From contig CAAGPV010000012.1 of the NCBI GenBank assembly GCA_900771975.1, positions 132,891-196,890 on the forward strand: DNA of 64,000 bases, written 5' to 3'. Every line of letters begins with the position of its first letter. Within the stretch, counting starts at the first letter, position 1. Shown here one piece after another: positions 1-9,520 of the stretch. The notes beneath the pieces are model-generated. The model was not told where the DNA came from, made no database searches, and worked only from the letters and a program-made list of their open reading frames with translations. The translations under genes were made by a program, and so were the position numbers. This DNA is from an uncultured Prevotella sp. (GTDB lineage Bacteria; Bacteroidota; Bacteroidia; Bacteroidales; Bacteroidaceae).

Positions 1-1818
1 ATGTTCGGTTCCTCCTACATAGAGGTCTACGTTCTGCCAGTAGTGGTCGGCTTTCTCTGAAACCAGTGCTTCGTTGTTCTTTGGGTCCATATAGCGCAGA
101 TAATAAGCCGAACTGCCTGCAAATCCCGGCATGGTGTTGAGCTCTAACGGGAACACTTTAACGTTGTCTATGAGGCTCTTGTCAACCACTTCTTTCTTTT
201 CTGTGTCCCAAGCCCATTTTTTTGCGCGCCCAAGAGGAGGCTCTCCTGTCTCAGTAGGTTCATATTTGTCCACTTCGGGTAGCTGCAATGGAAGACATTC
301 TTCGGGCAGCATATAGGGCAATCCCTCTTTATAGTAGACAGGGAACGGCTCTCCCCAGTAGCGTTGACGCGAGAAGATGGCGTCGCGCAAGCGGAAATTT
401 ACCTTGACACGGCCAAGTCCTTTCTCTGTTACATACTTCTTTGTAGCTGCAATGGCTTCTTTCACCGTCAGTCCGTTCAGGCTAAACTCGGCTTGCTTGC
501 CCTCCATGGGCGAGTTGGTGACGATGCCTTCTTTGGCGTCATAGCTTTCTTCGCTTACGTCTGCGCCCTCTATCAGTGGGATAATGGGCAGGTTAAAATG
601 TTTGGCAAAGGCATAGTCGCGACTGTCATGGGCAGGAACAGCCATGATGGCACCTGTTCCATAGCCAGCCAGCACGTATTCAGAAATCCAGATAGGGATG
701 GCTTCACCAGTGAACGGATTGATGGCATACGAGCCAGAGAACACTCCGGTTACCTTGTGGTCGCTCATACGTTCCAGTTCGGTGCGTTTCTTGACGTAAT
801 CGAGATATTCTTTGACTTCAGTTTCCTGTTCTTTGGTTGTGACTTGCTGCACATATTCCGATTCGGGAGCCAAAACCATGAACGTAACGCCAAACATTGT
901 GTCGGCGCGAGTGGTGAAAATGGTGAAGCGGACGTCGCTGTCTTTCACCTTAAACTCCACTTCTGTTCCTTCGCTACGGCCTATCCAGTTTTTCTGGGTT
1001 TCCTTTATAGAGTCTGTCCAGTCTATTTTGTCCAGTCCGTCAAGCAGTCTTTGCGCATAGGCTGATACGCGTAGACACCATTGTTGCATCTTTTTCTGAA
1101 CAACAGGGTAACCGCCGCGTTCGCTCACGCCGTCAACCACCTCGTCGTTGGCAAGCACTGTGCCCAATCCGGGACACCAGTTCACCATCGTTTCGCCCAA
1201 ATAGGCTATGCGGTAGTTCATCAACACCCTTTGTTGTTCGGCTTCATCCATGCTCATCCAGTCGCGTGCAGAGAACATCAGCTCCTTGCTTTGCGCTACA
1301 TCGAGGTCTAATGTTCCCTCTTCACTAAAGTGTCGCACCAGCAAATCTATGGGTTGGGCTTTCTGCAAGCGGTTGTCATAGTAGGAATTGAACATCTTTA
1401 CGAATGCCCATTGTGTCCAATGGTAGTAGGAAGGGTCACAAGTACGCACCTCGCGGTCCCAGTCAAAACTGAACCCTATCTTGTCCAGTTGCTCACGATA
1501 GTGGTTTATGTTGGCAACAGTGGTCTTTTCAGGATGTTGTCCTGTCTGTATAGCATATTGTTCTGCAGGCAAACCATAGGCATCATATCCCATTGGGTTG
1601 AGAACATTAAAGCCCTCAAGTCGCTTGAAGCGGGCGTAGATGTCGCTGGCAATGTATCCTAAGGGATGACCAACGTGGAGTCCGGCTCCCGAAGGGTAGG
1701 GAAACATGTTCAGAACATAGAATTTTTTACGGGTTTCGTCCTCAGTAACTTTGTAGGTCTGCTGTTCTACCCATTTCTTCTGCCACTTCTTCTCGATTTC
1801 TCTGAAGTTGTATTCCAT
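1..1818 (-). CDS. leuS: Leucyl-tRNA synthetase, N-terminal ~605 codons; the C-terminus runs off the window start
   Basis: My translation of the minus strand from the ATG (rc of 1816-1818) gives [24 protein letters not shown]...[17 protein letters not shown], which has the class-I HIGH motif and a typical LeuRS N-terminus. No stop codon occurs in frame down to position 1, which is why the ORF track does not list it. Confidence 0.9.
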   Translation of the reverse strand, partial: MEYNFREIEKKWQKKWVEQQTYKVTEDETRKKFYVLNMFPYPSGAGLHVGHPLGYIASDIYARFKRLEGFNVLNPMGYDAYGLPAEQYAIQTGQHPEKTTVANINHYREQLDKIGFSFDWDREVRTCDPSYYHWTQWAFVKMFNSYYDNRLQKAQPIDLLVRHFSEEGTLDLDVAQSKELMFSARDWMSMDEAEQQRVLMNYRIAYLGETMVNWCPGLGTVLANDEVVDGVSERGGYPVVQKKMQQWCLRVSAYAQRLLDGLDKIDWTDSIKETQKNWIGRSEGTEVEFKVKDSDVRFTIFTTRADTMFGVTFMVLAPESEYVQQVTTKEQETEVKEYLDYVKKRTELERMSDHKVTGVFSGSYAINPFTGEAIPIWISEYVLAGYGTGAIMAVPAHDSRDYAFAKHFNLPIIPLIEGADVSEESYDAKEGIVTNSPMEGKQAEFSLNGLTVKEAIAATKKYVTEKGLGRVKVNFRLRDAIFSRQRYWGEPFPVYYKEGLPYMLPEECLPLQLPEVDKYEPTETGEPPLGRAKKWAWDTEKKEVVDKSLIDNVKVFPLELNTMPGFAGSSAYYLRYMDPKNNEALVSEKADHYWQNVDLYVGGTEH

Positions 1819-1968
1819 ATATTTGTTGTCTTTTTATATTTTTGTTTGCTTGCGAATATATGCTACCTCCTTTGGCGCAAAATTACAATAAATCGCCGAC
1901 AAAGCAAAATAAAAGCGGTGGGAATTGTTCCTTTAGCTACCCTTGAAAAAAGCACAATCGGCTTGTTG

Positions 1969-2058
1969 TCTTCCAATACCCTGTATTTTAGGAGCTAAAA
2001 CACGGTATTTTAGCTCTTAAAACCGGCCTTTTTAGGAGCTAAAACATAGGGTATTGTT
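1969..2058. repeat. MITE-like palindromic intergenic repeat, copy A, with ~17-bp terminal inverted repeats
   Basis: Left end caataccctgtatttta versus rc of right end caataccctatgtttta. Inside are tandem ~22-bp units ttttagGAGCTAAAACacggta built from CTAAAA-N7-TTTTAG palindromes. Related copies sit at 13391-13475, 37424-37500 and 60888-60960. Confidence 0.7.
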
Positions 2059-2154
2059 AACCTATTGATTGTCAGTTATATACAAATGCAGGGAAGATTT
2101 TAAGGAATCTTCCCTGCATTTGTGTTTTTCCCTTTAGAAAGTGGGGTAGAAGTG

Positions 2155-4482
2155 TTACTTCATAATTGCCTTGACAGTGGCATTGAGTTGGTTGCCTTTC
2201 ACTTTTAGAAGAACCATTCCGTTTGCTTTTGGCAAGTAGATGGAAGTGTTTGTGCCAAAGAAGGTGTGGTGTCCTAACAGTGTTCCGTTGGTGTCGTAGG
2301 CATAAAGAGTGTATTGCTCTTTTGCCTGTGCCCCTTCAATGTTCACTATCACCTGTCCGTTAAAGGCTTGTACAAGTCTTACCCTTGCGTTGTCTGCCTG
2401 GCTCTTCACAATGGTTCCAATGCCGTCTGCAGCAGTACCGAAGCTGATTTTCTTGCTTGTCAGTCCTAATTCAAAAGCGCCAAGATCGGGTGCTGTTCCT
2501 TCATATCTTATGGCTGGTACGGCAACTCCCTGGTCTGCATATTTCGTATTTTCGTCAATGACAGTGCCTTTGTCCACCATCAGTGCATTTCCTTCTATAG
2601 GGTGCGCCCATGTTATGTTGTCCCATTGCAGGTCGCCGTTGGCGTCACGGTCGGCAATGAGGTTGGCATAGTCGTCTTCGCTCTGTACATTTGACGGGTC
2701 AAGGTTGAGGTCGCAGGTGACAACGGTGCCTACTGAGATTTCCGTACGGCCGTACTTTTTGCTCTTTTCGCCCCATTTGGTGTTGTCGTTGTGATGTGTA
2801 TCGGTTTTAAGGTTGTCGTTGATGGAGACGCAATTGGTGGCCACCAGCTCGTGTCCCTCGGCAATGGGTTCGTAAGCTCTATACGAATAGGCCTTAGAAA
2901 GGGTTGCCCCATTGATGTTTTTCAAGGCATAACCTGTGCAGTTGTTCATGATGATGTCGCCAGTGTTATGGTTTTGGTCAAAGCCTTTGTTGACGTTGTT
3001 CACAGCTACGCAGCGATTGAGCACTACGTTCATGGCTCCTTGGTTAGAACCGCATTTAAATCCGTTGCCGTTACCTTTTGTTACAACTCCGTTTATGAGC
3101 GCATTCTCGTATGCCAGACAGTTTTCGAACACGATGGTGACGTTGTCTTTGAAGCCACCGTCTTTCTTAAAGAACACGTCATAGCCGTCGTCAGAGTTGT
3201 TATAGGCGCGACAACCATAGAAATAGTTACCTGTTCCGACAGAAATCTTGGGTGCAAAGCCGTCCGCATCGCCGTCACCTTCGTCTTTGTTCTCGTAAGC
3301 GTCACAGTTGAGAATGTAGTTATATGCACCGAGATTCTTTATTTGAACGCCCGTATCGCCGTTTTTGTAGAACTTACAGTCCTCTATGATGTTGTCGTGG
3401 GCGTCTTGTGTGCGGTTGATAATGTCTTGTTGGGTGCCACCGGTGGGTTTGTTGCGTTCTATGAGCAGTCCGTTGTCGCTTGCGTTGGTGACATCCACAT
3501 GATAGAAGTGCCAGTAAGACGAGGTCAGACGTATGCCTTGATAGGGATTGTCGCTGTGTCCGTGGGCCGGATGGTTGCAGTTGATGACGGCGCGACCATC
3601 AAGACACACGAGCGAATTGTAGTTATCTGCCGTTCCGTTGCGGTCGTCAATATTGATACGCTCGGTAGGACGGTATTCACCGGCAGCAAGATAGATGGTT
3701 GTTCCTGGTTCTGTTGCCTTGTCTATGGCCAGTTGTATGCTTGCAAGAGGGGTTTCGGCAGTAGCACCATCGTTGTTGTCGTCACCGTTGGGGGCTACAT
3801 ATATCACTGGTCCATGCCCCAGTGTGGCTGTGGCAATAGGCTCATCTCCGGTCATATAGTTAAGTCCGCGTGTCTGGTCGTTGGGGTTGTCAGGGTTGCC
3901 CGGAGTCGTTCCACCACCACCTCCGGCAGCGGTAGAGTCGCCAATGCTCATTTTGTAGATGTACATACCGCCTTCTATGCCAATGGTGACGTTGCCGTCA
4001 GCGGTGACGGTTCCTGTTCCTGTCTGGTGATCTTTACCTGTTGAAGCGGGGAATGTTCCTTCTACATTGGTAAGTATCAACGAGCGTGTAGCTGTTTTCT
4101 TTGATGTACAGTACTCTATAGTGACCACGTCACCTGCCTTGCGGTTGGGAACGGTCAGCGAACAACCATCGCCCAGCCAAAGAGCAGATGTTTCTCCAGC
4201 CAGTCGGAGGTTGCCGTCTGTGTTGGCGGTGATGGTAAACTGCAGTCCTTCACACACGGAAAGTTCCACATCCGAGGCCTTCAGTGGAGCTTGTTCCAAA
4301 GCCTGTAGATAACAATAACGGCTTTTTGTGTCTGTTTTCCAATTGGTGTCTGCTGTTATCAAGCTTACATCATTGGTCGGAACGGAGGTGAACGACCATT
4401 GCTTGTTGGTGTTTTCGGTCTCTTGGGCGAGCATACTTATGCTAAAGGCCAAACCCACCATCATTGTAATTGCTTTTTTCAT
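2155..4482 (-). CDS. Secreted right-handed beta-helix protein (pectate-lyase-fold/polysaccharide-lyase-like) with a T9SS C-terminal sorting domain
   Basis: Signal peptide MKKAITMMVGLAFSISMLAQ. Beta-helix N-cap-like segment NGDDNNDGATAETPLASIQLAIDKATEPGTTIYLAAGEY, followed by repetitive N/G/D-rich coils. The C-terminus ends ...KANGMVLLKVKGNQLNATVKAIMK, which is typical of a T9SS CTD. Confidence 0.6.
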   Translation of the reverse strand: MKKAITMMVGLAFSISMLAQETENTNKQWSFTSVPTNDVSLITADTNWKTDTKSRYCYLQALEQAPLKASDVELSVCEGLQFTITANTDGNLRLAGETSALWLGDGCSLTVPNRKAGDVVTIEYCTSKKTATRSLILTNVEGTFPASTGKDHQTGTGTVTADGNVTIGIEGGMYIYKMSIGDSTAAGGGGGTTPGNPDNPNDQTRGLNYMTGDEPIATATLGHGPVIYVAPNGDDNNDGATAETPLASIQLAIDKATEPGTTIYLAAGEYRPTERINIDDRNGTADNYNSLVCLDGRAVINCNHPAHGHSDNPYQGIRLTSSYWHFYHVDVTNASDNGLLIERNKPTGGTQQDIINRTQDAHDNIIEDCKFYKNGDTGVQIKNLGAYNYILNCDAYENKDEGDGDADGFAPKISVGTGNYFYGCRAYNNSDDGYDVFFKKDGGFKDNVTIVFENCLAYENALINGVVTKGNGNGFKCGSNQGAMNVVLNRCVAVNNVNKGFDQNHNTGDIIMNNCTGYALKNINGATLSKAYSYRAYEPIAEGHELVATNCVSINDNLKTDTHHNDNTKWGEKSKKYGRTEISVGTVVTCDLNLDPSNVQSEDDYANLIADRDANGDLQWDNITWAHPIEGNALMVDKGTVIDENTKYADQGVAVPAIRYEGTAPDLGAFELGLTSKKISFGTAADGIGTIVKSQADNARVRLVQAFNGQVIVNIEGAQAKEQYTLYAYDTNGTLLGHHTFFGTNTSIYLPKANGMVLLKVKGNQLNATVKAIMK

Positions 4483-4776
4483 GTAGTTTTTAGGTTTTTA
4501 ATTATTTGTTGTTCTAACTTGTTTTAGTCTGAATTTTCTATTTCATTGCAAATGTAGAGTTTTCTTACTACATACTTACAACGATATTTTAAGAAAGTAA
4601 CGTAAACGTTATCATAAGTGTAAATCAGACATTTAAGCCTTTTATGGTGTGTGGAGTGGGGTTGGTATGTCCTCATATTGGTCTTGGTGTTTCTTTCTGT
4701 TTCTTTCCATGTTTTACGTTCTGTGTGTGTAAAGGAAAAAGAATTTAAATAATTTTGATAGTTTGTCATTTTCAGC

Positions 4777-4784
4777 TAACTTTG
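4777..4784 (+). promoter_or_regulatory. Bacteroidetes sigma-A -7 box (TAACTTTG) upstream of mutS
   Basis: Matches the TAnnTTTG consensus and lies 30 nt upstream of the mutS ATG at 4814. Confidence 0.5.
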
Positions 4785-4813
4785 CAGTTTACATTAAAAA
4801 CGAGGAAAAGCAA

Positions 4814-7477
4814 ATGGCAACAGACAAGCAGAAACTTACACCAATGATGCAACAGTACTTCTCATTGAAGGCTAAACATCCTGATGCACTTATGCTTTTC
4901 CGTTGTGGCGACTTCTATGAAACCTATTGCGATGATGCTATTGAAGCCTCGCGCATTCTCGGTATTACCCTAACACGCCGCAGCAACGGTTCTTCTTCTG
5001 GACAAACGGCAATGGCGGGCTTTCCCCATCATGCCCTCGACACCTATCTTCCGAAGCTCATCAGGGCAGGAAAGCGCGTTGCAATATGCGACCAACTCGA
5101 AGATCCCAAGAAGAAACGAGCCCTGTTGAAAGGTAAAAAGGGGCTTACAGAGGCCGATAAGATGGTTAAGAGAGGCATTACCGAACTGGTGACGCCTGGT
5201 GTGGCCATGAGCGACAACGTTCTAAACTACAAAGAAAACAACTTTCTTGCAGCCATTCATTTTGGTAAAGCCCACTGTGGGGTGGCTTTTTTGGATATAT
5301 CCACGGGAGAGTTTCTTACTGGCGAGGGCACTTTTGATTATGTAGAGAAACTACTTGCTAATTTTTCGCCTAAGGAAGTGCTCTACAACAGGGATAAGAA
5401 GCAAGAGTTTGAGCAGCATTTCGGCACCCGTTTGTGTACTTTTGAACTTGATGATTGGGTTTTTACCGAGCAAACGGGGCGTCAGAAACTTCTCAAACAC
5501 TTCGGAACCAAAAATCTTAAAGGCTTCGGTGTTGACCATTTGCATGACGGCATCATCGCTTCTGGGGCCATCATGCAGTATCTTGAGCTCACCCAGCACA
5601 CCCATATCAACCATATTACCTCCTTGTCTCGTATCGAAGAAGACCGGTATGTCCGTCTTGACAGCTTCACCATTCGCTCGTTGGAGCTTGTTGCTCCCAT
5701 GCAGGAAGGTGGAAGTTCACTTCTTTCGGTGATAGACCGCACCATTACGCCTATGGGGGGCCGTATGTTGCGTCGCTGGTTGGTGTTTCCGCTCAAGAGC
5801 CAGCAGGCTATCGACGAGCGACTCAACGTGGTTGACTACTTCTTTCGGTCCACAGAGTTCAGCGATTGCCTCTCAGATGAGATGCATAGAGTGGGCGATT
5901 TGGAGCGAATAATTTCAAAAGTGGCTGTAGGACGCGTCTCTCCACGTGAGGTTGTTCAGCTAAAGACAGCCTTGAAAGCCATTGTTCCCATTAAAACTGC
6001 TTGCCTCTACGCCCAGAATGACGCTCTTAAGCGGGTAGGAGAGCAGTTAAACCTGTGCGAAAGCCTACGAAACAGAATTGAACAGGAAATTCAGGCCGAC
6101 CCACCTCAGCTTGTCAACCGCGGCAATGTCATAGCCTCAGGCTTTAACAAGGAGCTTGACGAACTTCGAACCATACGCGATGGCGGCAAACAGTACCTTA
6201 TGGAAATACAACAAAGGGAGATTGAGTCCACAGGTATCAACTCGCTCAAGATAGGTTTCAATAATGTCTTTGGCTATTATCTTGAGGTGAGGAACACGTT
6301 TAAGGACCATGTGCCTTCCGAATGGGTACGTAAGCAGACCTTGGCACAGGCCGAACGCTATATCACCCCAGAGCTAAAAGAGTATGAAGAGAAAATTTTG
6401 GGGGCTGACGAAAAGATTCTTGCTTTGGAAACGCAGCTCTTCAACGAACTCATCCTCCAAATGCAGGAGTTCATTCCTCAGATTCAAATCAATGCCAACC
6501 TCATTGCCCAACTCGATTGCTTACATTCTTTCGCTCTCACTGCCGAGGAAAACCGTTATGTTCGCCCCGTTGTTGACGACTCAACAGTGATAGACATAAA
6601 GCAAGGACGCCACCCGGTGATAGAAACTCAGTTGCCTATTGGCGAGAAGTATGTTCCCAACGACATCTATTTGGACACCGAAAAGCAGCAAATAATGATG
6701 ATTACAGGTCCTAATATGGCCGGTAAGTCAGCTCTGTTGCGCCAGACTGCACTGATTGTGCTCCTCTCCCAAATAGGTTGTTATGTGCCTGCCGACAGCG
6801 CTCGGGTAGGGTTGGTGGACAAAATCTTTACTCGTGTAGGTGCTTCCGACAACATCTCGTTAGGTGAGTCGACGTTTATGGTTGAGATGACAGAGGCAGC
6901 CAATATTCTCAACAATGTCACGCCACGTTCTTTGGTACTCTTTGACGAGTTGGGACGAGGCACTTCCACCTACGATGGCATTAGCATTGCGTGGGCAATA
7001 GTGGAGTATCTGCACGAGCATAGCAAGGCCCAGGCCCGCACACTCTTTGCCACCCACTATCATGAACTGAACGAAATGGAAAAGTCCTTTTCGCGCATCA
7101 AGAACTATAACGTCAGTGTTAAGGAGGTGGACGGCCATGTAATATTTCTCAGAAAACTGGTGCGTGGCGGCTCTGAACACTCTTTTGGTATTCATGTTGC
7201 TGAGATTGCAGGTATGCCGCGTAGTATCGTGAAGCGTGCAAATGTTGTTCTTCAACAGTTGGAGGCCGACAATGCACAGGTGGGTAGTGTTGATAAACCT
7301 TCAGTGGAGCGCATCCAACGGGATGAAAACGATATGCAATTGTCGTTTTTCCAGTTGGACGACCCTGTATTGGTACAGGTAAGAGATGAAATATTAGGTC
7401 TTGATATCAACAACTTGACCCCTGTTGAAGCATTGAACAAGTTGAATGATATCAAGAAAATCGTACAGGGAAAATAG
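4814..7477 (+). CDS. mutS: DNA mismatch repair protein MutS
   Basis: N-terminus [38 protein letters not shown] and Walker [15 protein letters not shown]. The start is refined from the track's 4763 to the in-frame ATG at 4814. Confidence 0.95.
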   Translation: MATDKQKLTPMMQQYFSLKAKHPDALMLFRCGDFYETYCDDAIEASRILGITLTRRSNGSSSGQTAMAGFPHHALDTYLPKLIRAGKRVAICDQLEDPKKKRALLKGKKGLTEADKMVKRGITELVTPGVAMSDNVLNYKENNFLAAIHFGKAHCGVAFLDISTGEFLTGEGTFDYVEKLLANFSPKEVLYNRDKKQEFEQHFGTRLCTFELDDWVFTEQTGRQKLLKHFGTKNLKGFGVDHLHDGIIASGAIMQYLELTQHTHINHITSLSRIEEDRYVRLDSFTIRSLELVAPMQEGGSSLLSVIDRTITPMGGRMLRRWLVFPLKSQQAIDERLNVVDYFFRSTEFSDCLSDEMHRVGDLERIISKVAVGRVSPREVVQLKTALKAIVPIKTACLYAQNDALKRVGEQLNLCESLRNRIEQEIQADPPQLVNRGNVIASGFNKELDELRTIRDGGKQYLMEIQQREIESTGINSLKIGFNNVFGYYLEVRNTFKDHVPSEWVRKQTLAQAERYITPELKEYEEKILGADEKILALETQLFNELILQMQEFIPQIQINANLIAQLDCLHSFALTAEENRYVRPVVDDSTVIDIKQGRHPVIETQLPIGEKYVPNDIYLDTEKQQIMMITGPNMAGKSALLRQTALIVLLSQIGCYVPADSARVGLVDKIFTRVGASDNISLGESTFMVEMTEAANILNNVTPRSLVLFDELGRGTSTYDGISIAWAIVEYLHEHSKAQARTLFATHYHELNEMEKSFSRIKNYNVSVKEVDGHVIFLRKLVRGGSEHSFGIHVAEIAGMPRSIVKRANVVLQQLEADNAQVGSVDKPSVERIQRDENDMQLSFFQLDDPVLVQVRDEILGLDINNLTPVEALNKLNDIKKIVQGK

Positions 7478-8305
7478 TTATTTGCGAACGGCCCGTCCTA
7501 TGCAAACTGCACCTATAAGGATGAAAGGAATGCTTAGGATTTGCCCCATGTCGAGTGTCAAACCGGCTTCAAAGGCTTCTTGCACCTCCTTAGTGTATTC
7601 AATGAAAAAGCGGAAGGTGAAGATGAGAAACAGACACAATCCAAAGTAAAGTCCTGATCCTACCTTTTGCGAATATTTCTTATAGACGGCCAGAATGAGC
7701 AAGAAGAAGCACAGGTAGGCAATGGCCTCGTAGAGTTGTCCTGGATGGCGGGGTGCTTTGTCGACATTGGCAAAGATAAAGGCCCAAGGTACGTCTGTCA
7801 CCTTGCCTATAATCTCGGAGTTCATAAGGTTTCCAAGGCGTATGAACATCGCCGTTATGCCCGAACAAATTCCCATAAAGTCGAGCACCACCCATGGCTT
7901 CATTCCTGAGCGTTTGATGTAAAGGTATAAACCGATAAGTAATCCTATCACCCCTCCGTGTGATGCAAGCCCTTGATAGCCTACAAAATGCCATGAACCA
8001 TCGCCCATGTGCCGGATAGGAACAATCATTTCTATGATGTGATCCCACGAACCGAGAAAGTATGTAGGTTCGTAGAATAGGCAATGGCCCAGTCGGGCAC
8101 CTACGAGTATGCTCAGAAAGACATATATGAAGAGTGGCTCAAACTGCTGGTCTGAATAGTGATGACGCTTGTAGAGCCACTTCATCAGAAAAAATCCGCC
8201 CGCCAAACCCAATAGCCAGCACAACGAATACCAGCGAATAGCAAAACTGCCGAGGTGAACAGCCACCTCAGAAGGTTGCCAGTAGATGTATAAAAGGTCA
8301 GACAT
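7478..8305 (-). CDS. lgt: Prolipoprotein diacylglyceryl transferase
   Basis: Family signatures IRWYSL, GARLGH, GLASHGG and HPGQLYE in a multi-TM protein. It is convergent with mutS with zero intergenic bases. Confidence 0.9.
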   Translation of the reverse strand: MSDLLYIYWQPSEVAVHLGSFAIRWYSLCWLLGLAGGFFLMKWLYKRHHYSDQQFEPLFIYVFLSILVGARLGHCLFYEPTYFLGSWDHIIEMIVPIRHMGDGSWHFVGYQGLASHGGVIGLLIGLYLYIKRSGMKPWVVLDFMGICSGITAMFIRLGNLMNSEIIGKVTDVPWAFIFANVDKAPRHPGQLYEAIAYLCFFLLILAVYKKYSQKVGSGLYFGLCLFLIFTFRFFIEYTKEVQEAFEAGLTLDMGQILSIPFILIGAVCIGRAVRK

Positions 8306-9401
8306 TGAAGCGGAAATGCATTATATCACCGTCCTGAACCTCGTAGTCTTTGCCTTCAATGCCAAGCTTTCCAGCCTCTCTTACGGCAGCTTCAGAACCA
8401 TATTTCAAATAGTCTTCATACTTGATAACCTCTGCACGGATAAATCCTTTTTCGAAGTCTGTATGAATAACACCGGCACATTGTGGGGCTTTCCAGCCCT
8501 TATGGTAGGTCCATGCCTTTACTTCCATCTCGCCGGCAGTGATGAATGTCTGCAGATTGAGCAAGTGGTAGGCTTTCTTTATCAGTCGGTTGACACCGCT
8601 TTCCTCTAATCCCAGCTCGTCAAGAAACATTTTTTTGTCTTCGTAAGTTTCTAACGAGGCAATGTCTTCTTCTGTCTTGGCGGCTATCACCATAGCTTCT
8701 GCACCCTCTTCTGCGGCCATTTGCTCTACGCGTTGACTATATTCGTTGCCTGTTTTGGCGCTTGCCTCGTCCACGTTGGCTACGTACAGTACGGGTTTGG
8801 TGGTCAATAGGAAGAGGTCGTGGGCTGCCTTTTGCTCTTCTTTACTTTCAAATGTAACGCTACGGGCATTCTTTCCTTGTACCAGCACCTCTTTATAGGC
8901 TTCAAGAACGTTTACGAGCACCTTGGCGTCTTTGTTGCCTGAAGCTGCTATCTTTTGCTGCTTGGAAAGTTGCGACTCGATGGTTTCAAGGTCTTTCAGC
9001 TGCAATTCGGTGTCGATAATGCTTTTGTCCTCAATGGGATCTACGGCATTACCTCCTTCGCGGACGATGTTGTCATCGTCAAAGCAGCGCACCACATGGA
9101 TAATGGCATCACATTCGCGTATGTTTCCAAGAAACTTGTTGCCTAAGCCTTCACCTTTTGAAGCTCCTTTTACAAGGCCTGCTATGTCTACAATCTCACA
9201 TGTTGCCGGCACGATGCGTCCTGGATGGACGATTTCTGCCAATTTGTTAAGGCGTTCGTCGGGGACGGTGATAACGCCGAGGTTGGGTTCTATTGTACAA
9301 AAGGGGAAATTGGCTGCTTGCGCTTTGGCGCTCGACAGACAATTGAAAAGTGTGGACTTCCCTACATTAGGCAGTCCAACGATGCCACATTTTAATGCCA
9401 T
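8298..9401 (-). CDS. ychF: Ribosome-binding ATPase YchF (Obg-family GTPase)
   Basis: MALKCGIVGLPNVGKSTLFN (G1 motif) plus a C-terminal TGS-like domain. An upstream TAACTTTG -7 box is present on the minus strand (~9436-9443). Confidence 0.95.
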   Translation of the reverse strand: MALKCGIVGLPNVGKSTLFNCLSSAKAQAANFPFCTIEPNLGVITVPDERLNKLAEIVHPGRIVPATCEIVDIAGLVKGASKGEGLGNKFLGNIRECDAIIHVVRCFDDDNIVREGGNAVDPIEDKSIIDTELQLKDLETIESQLSKQQKIAASGNKDAKVLVNVLEAYKEVLVQGKNARSVTFESKEEQKAAHDLFLLTTKPVLYVANVDEASAKTGNEYSQRVEQMAAEEGAEAMVIAAKTEEDIASLETYEDKKMFLDELGLEESGVNRLIKKAYHLLNLQTFITAGEMEVKAWTYHKGWKAPQCAGVIHTDFEKGFIRAEVIKYEDYLKYGSEAAVREAGKLGIEGKDYEVQDGDIMHFRFNV

Positions 9402-9520
9402 TTTCTTCTTGTTTCCTATTTATTACTGTTGCAAAGTTACGCTAAAATAGTGGAACGTCAAACAATTCATCTTCTTTTTCTTCTTATTGGGGTGGGGGAG
9501 CGGCCTTTTCAAGACCATCC

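Noticed and set aside
1969-2058. Whether the tandem 22-bp CTAAAAC units are a small CRISPR array.
   Set aside because: The units are only ~22 bp with no unique spacers between them. Arrays have just 3-4 units and recur at four scattered loci with no cas genes. The better fit is a MITE/REP-like repeat.
2791-4044. A long antisense ORF (417 aa) inside the beta-helix gene, and similar antisense or out-of-frame ORFs (364-1065 in leuS, 44055-44846 in lepB, 59166-60116 in the DPP gene, 39588-40127 in the ATPase gene).
   Set aside because: Their composition is Val/Cys/Arg-rich, typical of reverse-strand translations of real genes, and they have no motifs, promoters or independent support. The opposite-strand genes have clear family signatures.
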